Source of the DNA: Parcubacteria group bacterium LiPW_15
GTDB lineage: Bacteria; Patescibacteriota; Minisyncoccia; UBA6257; 2-01-FULL-56-20
Assembly: GCA_007375645.1 (NCBI GenBank)
Contig: VMER01000003.1
Location: 81,553-145,552, forward strand
Length of the DNA: 64,000 nt
Direction: 5' to 3'
Shown here: positions 1 to 9,300 of the stretch, piece by piece
How the letters are laid out: each line of letters begins with the position of its first letter
Position numbering within the stretch: position 1 is the first letter of the stretch
Made by a program: the position numbers and the translations under genes
The notes under the pieces: generated by a model
Database searches by the model: none
What the model was told of the DNA's origin: nothing
Seen by the model: the letters and a program-made list of their open reading frames with translations, nothing else

Positions 1-913
1 ATTTTTCCGTGGAGACTTTGGCGTCATCATAAAGCTCGGCTGAAACGATATTCGCCCGAAGACCGAAGTCTTCCGCGCGCTTCCGCATTGCGGCAAGAGC
101 CAATTCATTTGAAACTAAAGTAACGTTTTTAACTTTTTCAAAAAATCTGTCATCTTTTGGAGTTTCAATGAATTCGAATTCTTTGTCATCTATTCCGTAT
201 TTTTTTAACACATCCCGCGCGTACTCCGCCGTGCTTTCATCTTTAAAAGTCGGACCGGAAGCCACTGTCTCGTCGTGTCCGCCAGGAACGTCGGAGAATA
301 TCAATCCCACGATAGTCGCTGGATAAAAAAGCTTGGCGAGCCCCCCGCCCTTCAGGAAGGAAAGGTGTTTGCGGACCAGATTTAATTCTTGAATGCTCGC
401 GCCAGTCGGTAGAAACTTTTCGTAAAGCCTTGCGTTCTGCTCGCACTCGCTCTCCGGATAACAAAGCAAAGCGGAGCCTCCGCCGGAGACGACAACAATG
501 ACCATATCTTTTTCCGTTATGCCCGTCGCCAAATCCACGATGTGCTTCGTGGCCTCAACGTTTTGAGGCGTGGGCCTCGGATGGGTGCCCACGAGGTTTT
601 CGATAAATTCGCACTTGCCGACGGAGATATCGATAACCGCACCGCCCGTTATCTTGTTTCCCAAAACTTTTTCGAGCGCCCCGGCGGCAACGCAGGAAGC
701 CTTACCGAAACCGATTACTTTTATGGATTTAAATTTCGAGAGATCAAACTCTTCGTCTTTAATATGTAAAATGTCGCCGTGAATTTTTATGGAATTCAAA
801 ACAACCCGCTCCGTGTCTATGGCTTCAAGCCCCGCGTCCGCAATATTTAGCGCCAGTTCTCTTGCCGGGGTTGTGGCAAGCTCCGGTGCATTCTTTATCC
901 ACTTGAAGTTCAT
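1..913 (-). CDS. glycerate kinase (MOFRL / glycerate 2-kinase family), N-terminal ~304 aa; C-terminus runs off the window start
   Basis: Own translation of the minus strand starting at the ATG at 913..911: MNFKWIKNAPELATTPARELALNIADAGLEA..VIGFGKASCVAAG..VVSGGGSALL.. Motifs and layout are typical of MOFRL glycerate kinases. It is not in the ORF track because no stop lies inside the window. Confidence 0.7.
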   Translation of the reverse strand, partial: MNFKWIKNAPELATTPARELALNIADAGLEAIDTERVVLNSIKIHGDILHIKDEEFDLSKFKSIKVIGFGKASCVAAGALEKVLGNKITGGAVIDISVGKCEFIENLVGTHPRPTPQNVEATKHIVDLATGITEKDMVIVVVSGGGSALLCYPESECEQNARLYEKFLPTGASIQELNLVRKHLSFLKGGGLAKLFYPATIVGLIFSDVPGGHDETVASGPTFKDESTAEYARDVLKKYGIDDKEFEFIETPKDDRFFEKVKNVTLVSNELALAAMRKRAEDFGLRANIVSAELYDDAKVSTEK

Positions 914-922
914 CGGGTAAAA

Positions 923-1945
923 TTATTTGAGCAAATTTATCGGATTTCCGGCCGCAAACGCCTTAATAGTTTCGGCGGTGGTCGCCAAAATCTCCCCCAC
1001 ACCCTCCCTGGTATCAAAAGCGATGTGCGGCGTCAGTATCACATTCGGCATGTCCATCAGCACATGGTTTTCGTAAAGAGTTTTGTAGTCCGTCATTTCC
1101 ACCCCTCCCCGCAAAAGTTTGTCCTCGTCTTTAAGCTGGCGCTCACTTTCCAAAACATCCAGTCCGGCTCCGGCAATATCGCCCCTCTCCAGGGCGCGGA
1201 TAAGCGCGTCGGTTTCCACCAATTCCCCGCGCGCGGTATTTATGAGATACGAGTCCTTTTTCATCCAATCGATATTCTTGTTGTTGATAAGATGATGGCT
1301 TTTTTCGTTGTAAGGCGCGTGAAGAGTCAAAATATCCGCCGCGCGCATTACCGCCTCAAGTTCTGCGTATTCGAAATTCTGTTCTTTCGCAAAATTAAGA
1401 TCCGGGAACACATCGTAGGCCAGAACCTTCATTCCGAATCCGTTCGCGATCTTTATAACGTTCTTCCCGATGCGTCCTGTGCCGATAACACCCAAGGTTT
1501 TCCCGAAAAGTTCAAAGCCTTCCATTCCCTCCGTCCCCATCTCTCCCTCCAAAACGTTATGTCGGGCGGCAAAAACTTTGCGGGAAAGGTTGAGCATTAA
1601 GGCAAAAGCGAACTCAGCCACAGTGTGCGCTCCATAACCGGGAACGTTGGCCGCCAACTTTCCGCCGTCTTTTATGGCCGGAATGTCCAAATGATCGAAA
1701 CCCGTAGACCTGGTTTGTATCATTTTTGCGCTTGGCAAAAGGTCTAAGATTTCTTTTCTGACCGGGGAGTTGATAAAAACCGAGACGACCTCGCTCTCCC
1801 CGGCGAGCTTAGCGGTTTCCGGAGTTAATTTTTCAGAATAAAATCCAAGCTCATGATCCGCAAGAAGCGCGGTGAGAATATTTTTTTCCGATTCCGTAGT
1901 CTCAAAAAAAGTTATCTTCATCTCTTTAATTATAGCACCGCTCAA
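923..1945 (-). CDS. D-isomer-specific 2-hydroxyacid dehydrogenase (hydroxypyruvate reductase / glycerate dehydrogenase-like)
   Basis: 340-aa ORF with the NAD-binding motif GVIGTGRIGKNV and a catalytic-domain layout. It is adjacent to and co-directional with glycerate kinase. Confidence 0.8.
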   Translation of the reverse strand: MSGAIIKEMKITFFETTESEKNILTALLADHELGFYSEKLTPETAKLAGESEVVSVFINSPVRKEILDLLPSAKMIQTRSTGFDHLDIPAIKDGGKLAANVPGYGAHTVAEFAFALMLNLSRKVFAARHNVLEGEMGTEGMEGFELFGKTLGVIGTGRIGKNVIKIANGFGMKVLAYDVFPDLNFAKEQNFEYAELEAVMRAADILTLHAPYNEKSHHLINNKNIDWMKKDSYLINTARGELVETDALIRALERGDIAGAGLDVLESERQLKDEDKLLRGGVEMTDYKTLYENHVLMDMPNVILTPHIAFDTREGVGEILATTAETIKAFAAGNPINLLK

Positions 1946-1971
1946 ACCCTTTTGCTTCTAGATTCTATTTT

Positions 1972-3045
1972 TCACTCCAGTTTTTCTATCTTCACTCCAA
2001 TCAACCGAATAGCTTTGTGCTTCGGATTCTCGCGCTTGTCCAAAAAGGGCAAAAATAACTTCAGTGCCTCAAAGTTCAGCGTGCCAGAATCGGAGGCCGG
2101 TTCGGCAAGCGTGCGTGCGCGGGTCTTAGTGTCGAAATCCGAGAATCGCACGGTTATACCGATGGTCCGGTAGGTTTTAAACTCGCTGCGGTTAAGCCTC
2201 CCGATGACGTCTTCGGCCAGCTCTTTTATCCGCTCCACTATAAAATTAGCGTCTCGCCTGTCTTCATGAAATGTCTCTTGCTCGCCGATGGACTTGACCT
2301 CGTAATCATTACTAACCGGCGAGTCCGATTCCCCGCGCGCCTTGCGATAAAGATCTTCACCCCACTTTCCCATCAACTCTTTTGTTTTCGCGAGGGGCAA
2401 GGTTTTCAAATCTTTTATCGTTCGAATCCCGAGTTTGTTTAGCATGATTTCCGTCTTCGGCCCGATACCCGGGATCTTGCGGATATTCAAAGGCTCCATA
2501 AAACTTTCCGCTTCTTCCGGAAGAACAATAGTTAGTCCGTCCGGTTTTTGCATGTCGGAAGCAATCTTTGCGATAAGCTTGTTTGGCCCCAGGCCTATTG
2601 AGCAAGTTAGCCTTTCTCTGTCTTTCACCGCTTTTTTTATTTTCCTACAAAGCTCTTCCGCTTTTTTAAATGTCTTAGAAAAAGAAAGGTCGATGTATGC
2701 CTCATCAACACTTGCTTCTTCGACGAGCGGAGCGAATTCGCGGACTATCGCCATTATTTCTTCCGAGACGGCGCTGTATTTTCCCATGTGTCCGCCGGTA
2801 AAAACTGCTCCCGGCAGGCCTTTCTTTTTAGCCTCCTCCGAAAGACGCCAGGCGGCGGAGATGGGCAGGGCGGAGTGGATGCCGTATTTTCTTGCGGCGT
2901 AGTTGGCGGTAGAAACCACTCCCCGCCCCTTTCCGCCCTCCGGATCGGAACCGACCACAATAGGCCTGCCCTTAAAGCGCGGATTGTCCCGCTCCTCGAT
3001 GGCAGCGAAGAAAGCGTCCATGTCTAAGTGAGCGACAATTCTCAT
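1972..3045 (-). CDS. dinB: DNA polymerase IV (Y-family)
   Basis: MRIVAHLDMDAFFAAIEERDNP..; Y-family palm, fingers and little-finger layout; 357 aa. Confidence 0.85.
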   Translation of the reverse strand: MRIVAHLDMDAFFAAIEERDNPRFKGRPIVVGSDPEGGKGRGVVSTANYAARKYGIHSALPISAAWRLSEEAKKKGLPGAVFTGGHMGKYSAVSEEIMAIVREFAPLVEEASVDEAYIDLSFSKTFKKAEELCRKIKKAVKDRERLTCSIGLGPNKLIAKIASDMQKPDGLTIVLPEEAESFMEPLNIRKIPGIGPKTEIMLNKLGIRTIKDLKTLPLAKTKELMGKWGEDLYRKARGESDSPVSNDYEVKSIGEQETFHEDRRDANFIVERIKELAEDVIGRLNRSEFKTYRTIGITVRFSDFDTKTRARTLAEPASDSGTLNFEALKLFLPFLDKRENPKHKAIRLIGVKIEKLE

Positions 3046-3100
3046 AGCCCAATTCTACTACAAAAAGAAAACGGCCCCGGAGGGCCGCATCTTTACTCGT

Positions 3101-3673
3101 CTAGCGAGCAAATTCCAGAGTCGAAAGCACGGACCTAACAGTTGCAGCATCATCTCCAAAAAGCGGGCGAGGGTCGAACGAAGAATTTACGTCGCCAACC
3201 TTAAGATTGGCAATCAATAGATAGAACTTAAATCCTTTTCTCCAGGTGCTGTTGCCATAGAATTCATATTTTGCGGAACACGTACTTTGTTCGCACCCGA
3301 TGCCGGCCCATTCCAGCCCGCTCTCATTTCCGATAGAAATGTTCTTCAATACCTCTGCGGCTTTTGGAGCATTAAGGTTGCTCGCCACGGTGCGATCATA
3401 CTCACCGCGCATCTCATCAATCGTATAATCTTTCGCCACTGGGTTTATATCTTCCACTCCGAAAACAGCGGCATAACCGTTCTCGGTGACGAATCGAAGA
3501 ACGTCGCCATTAATATCCCAGGTGGGCGGATATTTGAGCTCGAATCCGTATTTTGAGTTTACATACGTACGTTCGTCTGCGCCCATTTCGTTAAGAGCCA
3601 GATACACTGCTACGCCGATAACCGCGACCACGCCAATAATTAAGAATATATTGACGGAACCTTTGTTTTTCAT
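3101..3673 (-). CDS. hypothetical membrane-anchored / secreted protein
   Basis: N-terminal TM segment (VNIFLIIGVVAVIGVAVYL), then a soluble domain (YGFELKYPPTWD..). A hairpin plus T-run terminator lies at 3055-3095. Confidence 0.5.
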   Translation of the reverse strand: MKNKGSVNIFLIIGVVAVIGVAVYLALNEMGADERTYVNSKYGFELKYPPTWDINGDVLRFVTENGYAAVFGVEDINPVAKDYTIDEMRGEYDRTVASNLNAPKAAEVLKNISIGNESGLEWAGIGCEQSTCSAKYEFYGNSTWRKGFKFYLLIANLKVGDVNSSFDPRPLFGDDAATVRSVLSTLEFAR

Positions 3674-3757
3674 AAGTTAAGTATGGAACCTTATCTTCAA
3701 AAAGCAATTCGCTCTATGTGCCCGGGGTGGAAGTCGACCCCGTACTTGCGCTAACTC

Positions 3758-4312
3758 TCAACTCGCCGGTTCCAATTCATCAAGATATTTTTCCGTGTCG
3801 GGGGTCTTCCCAGCAGCCAAAGAATCCTCTATATACTTTTTTATTTCGTCTAATTTTTTCTTGTCTACAAAATAAACTAGCACTCCGTTTTCGGTCATAG
3901 CGTCCAGGGCAGAATCAAAGCGTTCCGTCTCTATGGGGCGGACATCGCTTGTCGCATGCCATTCGCTGCGCCTCATCCCCCTGGACTCATCGCATTCAAA
4001 TTTGTCTCCCGGAAGGGTGTATATAATACCGCCCTTATCGCTGTCCCTGAATCTCTTTTCATCAGAGATAAGGATGTAGTATCTACCGCCCACTCTGCCC
4101 CTAATACTCCATGAATCATCAGGTCTGGGCCCGAGAAATGTAGCTGCAAATCCTTTATCTGGGGTTGCGAACAAAAGCTTTCCTTCTTGAAACCCGCGAG
4201 TCCGTTTATCATCCGGACTCAAAATTTCCAGATCTTCGGCCTGAGTGCCGTGATATAGAAATTCAGGTTTTTCCTTTTTAGGCTCTTTTTCTTGGCTCGT
4301 TTCTTTTATCAT
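3758..4312 (-). CDS. hypothetical protein (ORF trimmed to an internal ATG so it does not overlap tRNA-Leu)
   Basis: The ORF-track frame 3758..4435 overlaps tRNA-Leu(TAA) at its 5' end. The first ATG downstream of the tRNA is at 4312 (MIKETSQEKEPKK..LYHGTQAEDLEIL..). No family was recognised. Confidence 0.4.
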   Translation of the reverse strand: MIKETSQEKEPKKEKPEFLYHGTQAEDLEILSPDDKRTRGFQEGKLLFATPDKGFAATFLGPRPDDSWSIRGRVGGRYYILISDEKRFRDSDKGGIIYTLPGDKFECDESRGMRRSEWHATSDVRPIETERFDSALDAMTENGVLVYFVDKKKLDEIKKYIEDSLAAGKTPDTEKYLDELEPAS

Positions 4313-4316
4313 TCTG

Positions 4317-4398
4317 TGCCCGGGGCCGGACTCGAACCGGCACGCCTTTCGGCGCATCATCTTAAGTGATGTGCGGCTGCCAATTACGCCACCCGGGC
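4317..4398 (-). tRNA. tRNA-Leu(TAA)
   Basis: Reverse complement: GCCCGGGTGGCGTAATTGGCAGCCGCA-CATCA-CTTAAGA-TGATG-CGCCGAAAGGCG-TGCCGGTTCGAGTCCGGC-CCCGGGC-A. 7-bp acceptor stem, canonical anticodon loop CU-UAA-GA, long variable arm (class II), TTCGAGT T-loop. Confidence 0.8.
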
Positions 4399-4469
4399 AT
4401 ACGGGAAGTTTGACTGAATTCGTATCTGTTTTCAAGGATTGGCCGCCGGGTATATGCTAAAATCTTATT

Positions 4470-5327
4470 GTGAATTCCTTCTTCCCTTTTATTGCGGCGG
4501 TGTTGCAATCGGCGTCATACACGCTCGACAAAACAATACTCTCCGTCAAAAAGGTTTCTTTTAAAACCTACCTGGGAGTCAGCTTCCCACTTCTTTTTAT
4601 CGCGGACCTTATTATCTTCACCCTTTTCGGATTGAAAATAACTCCCGAGCTTTTCGCCGGAAACTTGGGCTGGCTCATGGGCGCGTCCATAATCCTCGCC
4701 ATCGGCTCAAATTTTATTTTCTACTTCGCCCTGGAGGAGGACACTCTCGGCGAAATTGAAACCTTCTCTCTTCTCGCCCCGATACCAACGATTATTTTTT
4801 CTAGTCTGGTTTTCCCGGACGAAAGAAATACGACTATCATCGTCCTCGCGCTCATCGCTTCCTTTGCGGTCGCGCTCACCCACGTGGAAAACTACCGGCT
4901 AAATATTAAAAAGAGGACGCTCATCATGCTCGGATGGTTTTTCTTGGCCATCCCGTTTAGCGCGGGAATCTCCAAAGTCCTTTTGGAAGTTTGGAACCCT
5001 ATCACCTTGGAACTCGTGAAGGACGGAATTATGGCCGCAGTCTTGGGCGGAATATTTTTTAAAGAGGCAAAAAAGGTCAGTAAGGAGAGCTTCCCGCTTT
5101 TTTTGGCGACCAACGGCATAAGCGCGATAGCCTGGATACTTTATTTCACGAGTTTCCAAAAGTTCGGAATCGTTTATACCGCGCTTCTTTTTTCCATCCA
5201 GCCCTCCCTAACCTATTTGTCCTCAGTGATATTCCTCAAAGAAAAATTGCGCTTAAAAAGAGTTGCCGCTTTCGCAGTGGTTCTTGCCGCCGCAGTTGCG
5301 GCGCAGATCTTAAAACCTTTGTATTAA
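4470..5327 (+). CDS. multi-pass membrane protein, possibly a DMT-superfamily (EamA-like) permease
   Basis: 285 aa with about 10 predicted hydrophobic helices, consistent with two EamA-like halves. Composition-based call only. Confidence 0.4.
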   Translation: MNSFFPFIAAVLQSASYTLDKTILSVKKVSFKTYLGVSFPLLFIADLIIFTLFGLKITPELFAGNLGWLMGASIILAIGSNFIFYFALEEDTLGEIETFSLLAPIPTIIFSSLVFPDERNTTIIVLALIASFAVALTHVENYRLNIKKRTLIMLGWFFLAIPFSAGISKVLLEVWNPITLELVKDGIMAAVLGGIFFKEAKKVSKESFPLFLATNGISAIAWILYFTSFQKFGIVYTALLFSIQPSLTYLSSVIFLKEKLRLKRVAAFAVVLAAAVAAQILKPLY

Positions 5328-5372
5328 ATTTTTTCGCTAAAAAGGCCCCTCCGCAGAGAGGCCTGGCAAGAT

Positions 5373-5714
5373 TCATTTCTCGATTGGCAGGAGTTTATGG
5401 CAGGCCTGTCCGCCATCAGCCGGCAGGTACTCTTTGCCGCAGGGGCACTTCCTGGGCAGGATGCCCATATCGTCGGCTACGTGATCCCGCCATTCCTTTT
5501 CGGCGTAGTCCGCGCCATCCCAATATCCCCGACTCTTCCAACCACAGGAACATTCCATCTGATCGTTCATGCCATCGGAAGTCATTGTCGGGACGTGCTC
5601 CGGCGCAGCGGCAGCGTTAATTGCATTCCATGCCTGGCGGTACTTTTCTCCGTTGGAGTAAGGGATATTCTTGAGAAACTGCTCCAGCGCCTCTCGAAAT
5701 TCCTTGACGTTCAT
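5373..5714 (-). CDS. hypothetical small Cys-rich (probable Zn-binding) protein
   Basis: 113 aa containing CSCGW...CPCGK...C. GGAGGTG ribosome-binding site 7 nt upstream of the ATG. A convergent terminator hairpin lies at 5336-5365. Confidence 0.5.
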   Translation of the reverse strand: MNVKEFREALEQFLKNIPYSNGEKYRQAWNAINAAAAPEHVPTMTSDGMNDQMECSCGWKSRGYWDGADYAEKEWRDHVADDMGILPRKCPCGKEYLPADGGQACHKLLPIEK

Positions 5715-6229
5715 TTCAGCGCACCTCCAGATTGCTTCTGAGCTAAGCTAGTGATAACACGCTCGAATAATCAAGTAAAGCCTACTCGAAGAAAGTGCCC
5801 CAGGAGAAATCCGGGTATGGACCCTCCAAATTGCCGAGTTTAAAAAATCTGCTATATTAAAAGCGGCGTGGTGCTGAAGTGCAACAGCGTGGGCCCGCAA
5901 ACCCACGATCCGCGTGGGGTTAAATGCCCCCGTCCACGCCTCCAATTTAAAAAACAAAACACCCTCGTTCGGGTGTTTTTCGTTTGAGGCCCGGGGAGGA
6001 GGCAGGGGCGAAGCCCCTGCACTTCCTCTATGTTTTGCTTCGCAAAAACAGATTATTGAAGGTCGGGATCTCACGCGCTCTCCGCCAGTTGGCGGATTGC
6101 TTTTCCGAACCCACGGTTCTGAATAATCTCCTCCTCGGGGAACCGAGCGCGGTTCCCCGACCCCCCTCCGCTGTTCGATTCCACGCAGCAAAAAGAAAAA
6201 CTCCCGACAAATGGGAGCTTTTCTTTTTG

Positions 6230-6301
6230 AGGCCCGGGTGGGAATCGAACCCGCGTATAATTCTTTTGCAGAGAATCGCCTTACCACTTGGCTACCGGGC
6301 C
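6230..6301 (-). tRNA. tRNA-Cys(GCA)
   Basis: Reverse complement: GGCCCGG-TA-GCCAAGTGGTAAGGC-G-ATTCT-CTGCAAA-AGAAT-TATAC-GCGGGTTCGATTCCCAC-CCGGGCC-T. Canonical loop CU-GCA-AA; discriminator U73 as expected for Cys. Confidence 0.8.
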
Positions 6302-6645
6302 AGCCTCAACTTTCTTAGATAGTTTAAGCCATTTGGCTTGTTTTTCAAACAAAAGAAAAGCGGCTCAGGGTTGAGCCGCCACGCCTCAGTCGTCAGTCGA
6401 AATGGAGTGCCCTGAATTCGTTGAGCTGGGCATCCAGGTCCAAGGACATGGAGTACACCTCCCATCACCCGCTGCATGTTCTTGCCGTCATATTCCGCAT
6501 ATACCTTGCGGACATCCTTCCCCGGCAGGACCGACACGGGATAGTCTTCATGATCGAAGGTGTCGCAGACCACAATCAGATGAGTCGCGCCATCCTTCTT
6601 CGCCTGATTAAGCCATCTCGCGATTGTCGTCTTGGTGGTCGCCAT
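6292..6645 (-). CDS. hypothetical protein; the 3' end of the ORF is doubtful
   Basis: Perfect SD AAGGAGGTG 5 nt upstream of the ATG at 6645. The ORF reads through two terminator-like hairpins (6333-6346, 6357-6376) and overlaps tRNA-Cys, so the true stop may lie upstream or there is a frameshift. Confidence 0.45.
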   Translation of the reverse strand: MATTKTTIARWLNQAKKDGATHLIVVCDTFDHEDYPVSVLPGKDVRKVYAEYDGKNMQRVMGGVLHVLGPGCPAQRIQGTPFRLTTEAWRLNPEPLFFCLKNKPNGLNYLRKLRLAR

Positions 6646-6730
6646 GGCCCACCTCCTTTTTGCCTTGCTACCCGCACCATAACGAATAACTTTCTATCTG
6701 TCAAATTCTTTCACAACCCTGCCGTAGCTT

Positions 6731-7036
6731 CTAATTTTCTAACTGGGGATCGTCCCCGCGAACCAGACCAAATTCCAGGCGAGGCATAGGTTTAATGTTG
6801 ATGGCGCGCAAAAGTTTGAACTGCAGGCGCCGGCGCTCTTCCTGGAGCATATCAAAAACTTCTTTGGCTTTTACTTCCGGGATAACGCTCACTTTAACTT
6901 TTGCCGTTTCAAGTTTTTCGGAGACCTCCACGGAAACAATGGTCACGAACGCGCCGAACTCCATATCGCGCATAAATATCTTCCCGAGCTCTTCGCGGAT
7001 AAGTTCACCAACTCTTAATTTTCTGAAAGTCTTCAT
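6731..7036 (-). CDS. rbfA: ribosome-binding factor A
   Basis: 101 aa with the RbfA KH-like fold signature (..RLEFGLVRGDDP..). Sits immediately downstream of infB, the conserved infB-rbfA order. Confidence 0.8.
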   Translation of the reverse strand: MKTFRKLRVGELIREELGKIFMRDMEFGAFVTIVSVEVSEKLETAKVKVSVIPEVKAKEVFDMLQEERRRLQFKLLRAINIKPMPRLEFGLVRGDDPQLEN

Positions 7037-7163
7037 CCCTCACCCTTGAAAGACTTTTTTATTCGACGATATAGATTTGAACATGTTGCTCGATATTAGA
7101 TTATGATTATGAAATGATTATAGAAAATAATTCTTATACAAGTCGGTCTTTCAGGGGTGAGGG
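7037..7163. promoter_or_regulatory. 18-bp inverted repeat (CCCTCACCCTTGAAAGAC / GTCTTTCAGGGGTGAGGG, one mismatch) enclosing a 91-nt AT-rich loop; it fills the entire infB-rbfA intergenic space
   Basis: Direct inspection. The arm adjacent to the rbfA ATG contains its SD-like GGTGAGGG. Confidence 0.55.
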
Positions 7164-7164
7164 A

Positions 7165-8615
7165 TTAGACTTCCTTCTTTTCTCTTATCAAAAGATGGTC
7201 GCCGACAAGCACTGCTATTGCGGAACTCATCAGCACTCCTCCTTCCTGGCCTTCGGGGATAGAGACCGCGTCTTGTTTCTTGGTCTGTAAATTGTTCACG
7301 CGTCCTTCGCCGACTTTCTTGCCTTCGCGCTGGATCTCCAGCTGCGTTTTATTTTTAAAAATTCCGGAAATAACTTTTCCGCCCACCAGTTGCTTTTCTA
7401 ATTTTATTTGATTGAAAACGGCTAGGACTTCCAAGTCTCCAATTATCTTTCCGGCCGCGGTTTCTTTCGATAGATCCTCCACCGCTTTTACGAGCTCATA
7501 GATAATTTCCGAAGAAAGGATCCTGGTCTCGCGCGCCTCCGCCAGATTCTTTGCGGCTCTGTCTAATTTTGTTTTATAAGCGACAATCGCCGCGTGAGAA
7601 GAGATCGCCATCTTCAAGTCTCCCTCGCCCACTTCGCCGACTCCCTGGTCTACAATTTTTACCGGCTTGTGAAGCGGCAAAGCTTTTAAAATTTCCGCGA
7701 TAGCTTCAAGAGAACCGGCATCCGACGCCTTCAGAAGCAACGGGAGCGAACCATCCTCGGGTTCAACCGCATTTATGGCTTTTTGGGCCGGACCAGTTTT
7801 TTTATAGTTCGAGGCGGCCTCCTCTCCGGAGAATAGATCTTCGCCGATCATCGGACTCTCTTCAAAACCGATTATCACCACGGGCGCGCCGGGCATTACT
7901 TCGTTCACCGTTTTTCCGGCGAAGTCTTCCATTATCTTTGCTTTTCCTTTGGCGGAAGCGGTCGCAATCTCATCCCCGTGGCGCAAAACTCCATCGCGAA
8001 TTATCGCGGTTACTTCTATCCCTCGATTTTTATTCAATTTACTTTCTAAAATAAATCCTCTGGCTGGAGCGGAATAATCGGCTTTGATCTCCGCGACTTC
8101 GGCGGCAAGCAAGATCAAATCCAAAAGTTTGTCCACATTTTCTCCGGTCTTCGCGGAAATCGGCTCAAAGCTGACATCGCCGCCGTAGCCCTCGAGGTAA
8201 ACGCCCGCGGCCATCAGATCGTTTTTGGTTTTCTCGATATCCGCGCCCGGCTTATCGATTTTGTTTATTGCCACCACAAAAGGAGTCTTGGTGTCGGCCA
8301 AAGTTTTAATAACTTCTTTGGTTTGCGGTTTCACGCCCTCTTCGGCGGCAACCACAAGAATGGCAAGGTCGGCGGCGTTGGCTCCGCGCTCGCGCATCTT
8401 TGAAAATGCTTCGTGTCCGGGAGTGTCTATAAACGTTATAAGTTTTCCGTTATGAGTTACCTCGTATGCTCCCACAGCCTGAGTGATTCCCCCGGCTTCG
8501 CGGGACGCGACAACAGTCTTTCGGATGCAGTCCAAAAGAGTGGTCTTTCCGTGATCCACGTGCCCCATTACTGCCACTATCGGCTGCCTAGGTTTTATAT
8601 CGTTGTTTTCAGCCA
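7165..8615 (-). CDS. infB: translation initiation factor IF-2 (short form lacking the long N-terminal domains)
   Basis: G-domain [27 protein letters not shown], then C-terminal beta-barrels. Start set at the ATG at 8615 ([12 protein letters not shown]..), which has a GGGAG SD; the ORF track extends to 8667. Confidence 0.9.
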
Positions 8616-8693
8616 TTTGCTCCCGAAGAATACCAAAAAGCATTGAAAATAACAACTTTTCGTGCAAAAAAAGCGGCCCTGAGGCCGCCTGCT

Positions 8694-9176
8694 CTATTTA
8701 GATAACTTCTTCTCGATAGCGTTCAGACGACGCACCGCGGACGCTTCGAATTCTGCCGCCAGCTTCTTGATCTCTTTACGAATCGCGCTCTTCATCTTTC
8801 TGTTACGAAAGTTGGAGGCAAGCTTTCCAAATGTGAACTGGCCCCAGAACCTGGCATCCAGATAGTCTTCCAAAGTGTGAATCCACTTCCGGTTAGTAAT
8901 CCAAAAGTCGCACGCATTCGGTCCATGTTTCTCGTCGCTGAACTCGAACTTGGAGTGGCCGCTGGCTTGCACCCTCACGACGCCCTTCTCATTCGTAATA
9001 ACGACTCGCTCCAGCCCCAAGGCAGAACCGGTAGCTATGATGAGACATTTGTCGGCGGGGAGCTCGAATTCAGCTTCGGTTACGAGCTTAGTCTTCAACT
9101 TCTTCAAGGTGCACCTCCCAGATCTCTGCGCTCGCTCAACTGGCGTCAATATAGCAAAGCCGAAATGGACCGACAA
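8694..9176 (-). CDS. hypothetical protein
   Basis: 160-aa ORF with no recognised family. Terminator hairpin at 8668-8690 (GCGGCCCTGAGGCCGC followed by a T-run on the minus strand). Confidence 0.4.
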   Translation of the reverse strand: MSVHFGFAILTPVERAQRSGRCTLKKLKTKLVTEAEFELPADKCLIIATGSALGLERVVITNEKGVVRVQASGHSKFEFSDEKHGPNACDFWITNRKWIHTLEDYLDARFWGQFTFGKLASNFRNRKMKSAIRKEIKKLAAEFEASAVRRLNAIEKKLSK

Positions 9177-9300
9177 GTATTGTCCAAACTATTTTTTTAA
9201 ACGCATTCCGAAGTCGCACATTTGGCACCAACTTTTTAGATAAAAAACCGCCGCTCCCTTTTGGGATGACGGCGGTTTTCTTTCGGCGAAAACGGCGGGT

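Noticed and set aside
3758-4435. Full 225-aa ORF-track ORF
   Set aside because: Its first 40 codons are the reverse complement of tRNA-Leu(TAA). The ORF was trimmed to the internal ATG at 4312.
5748-6322. ORF-track ORFs 5748..6287 (minus), 5984..6322 (plus), 5914..6126 and 6028..6210
   Set aside because: They overlap tRNA-Cys and two terminator hairpins, have no SD and have biased low-complexity translations. The region is better explained as structured non-coding sequence.
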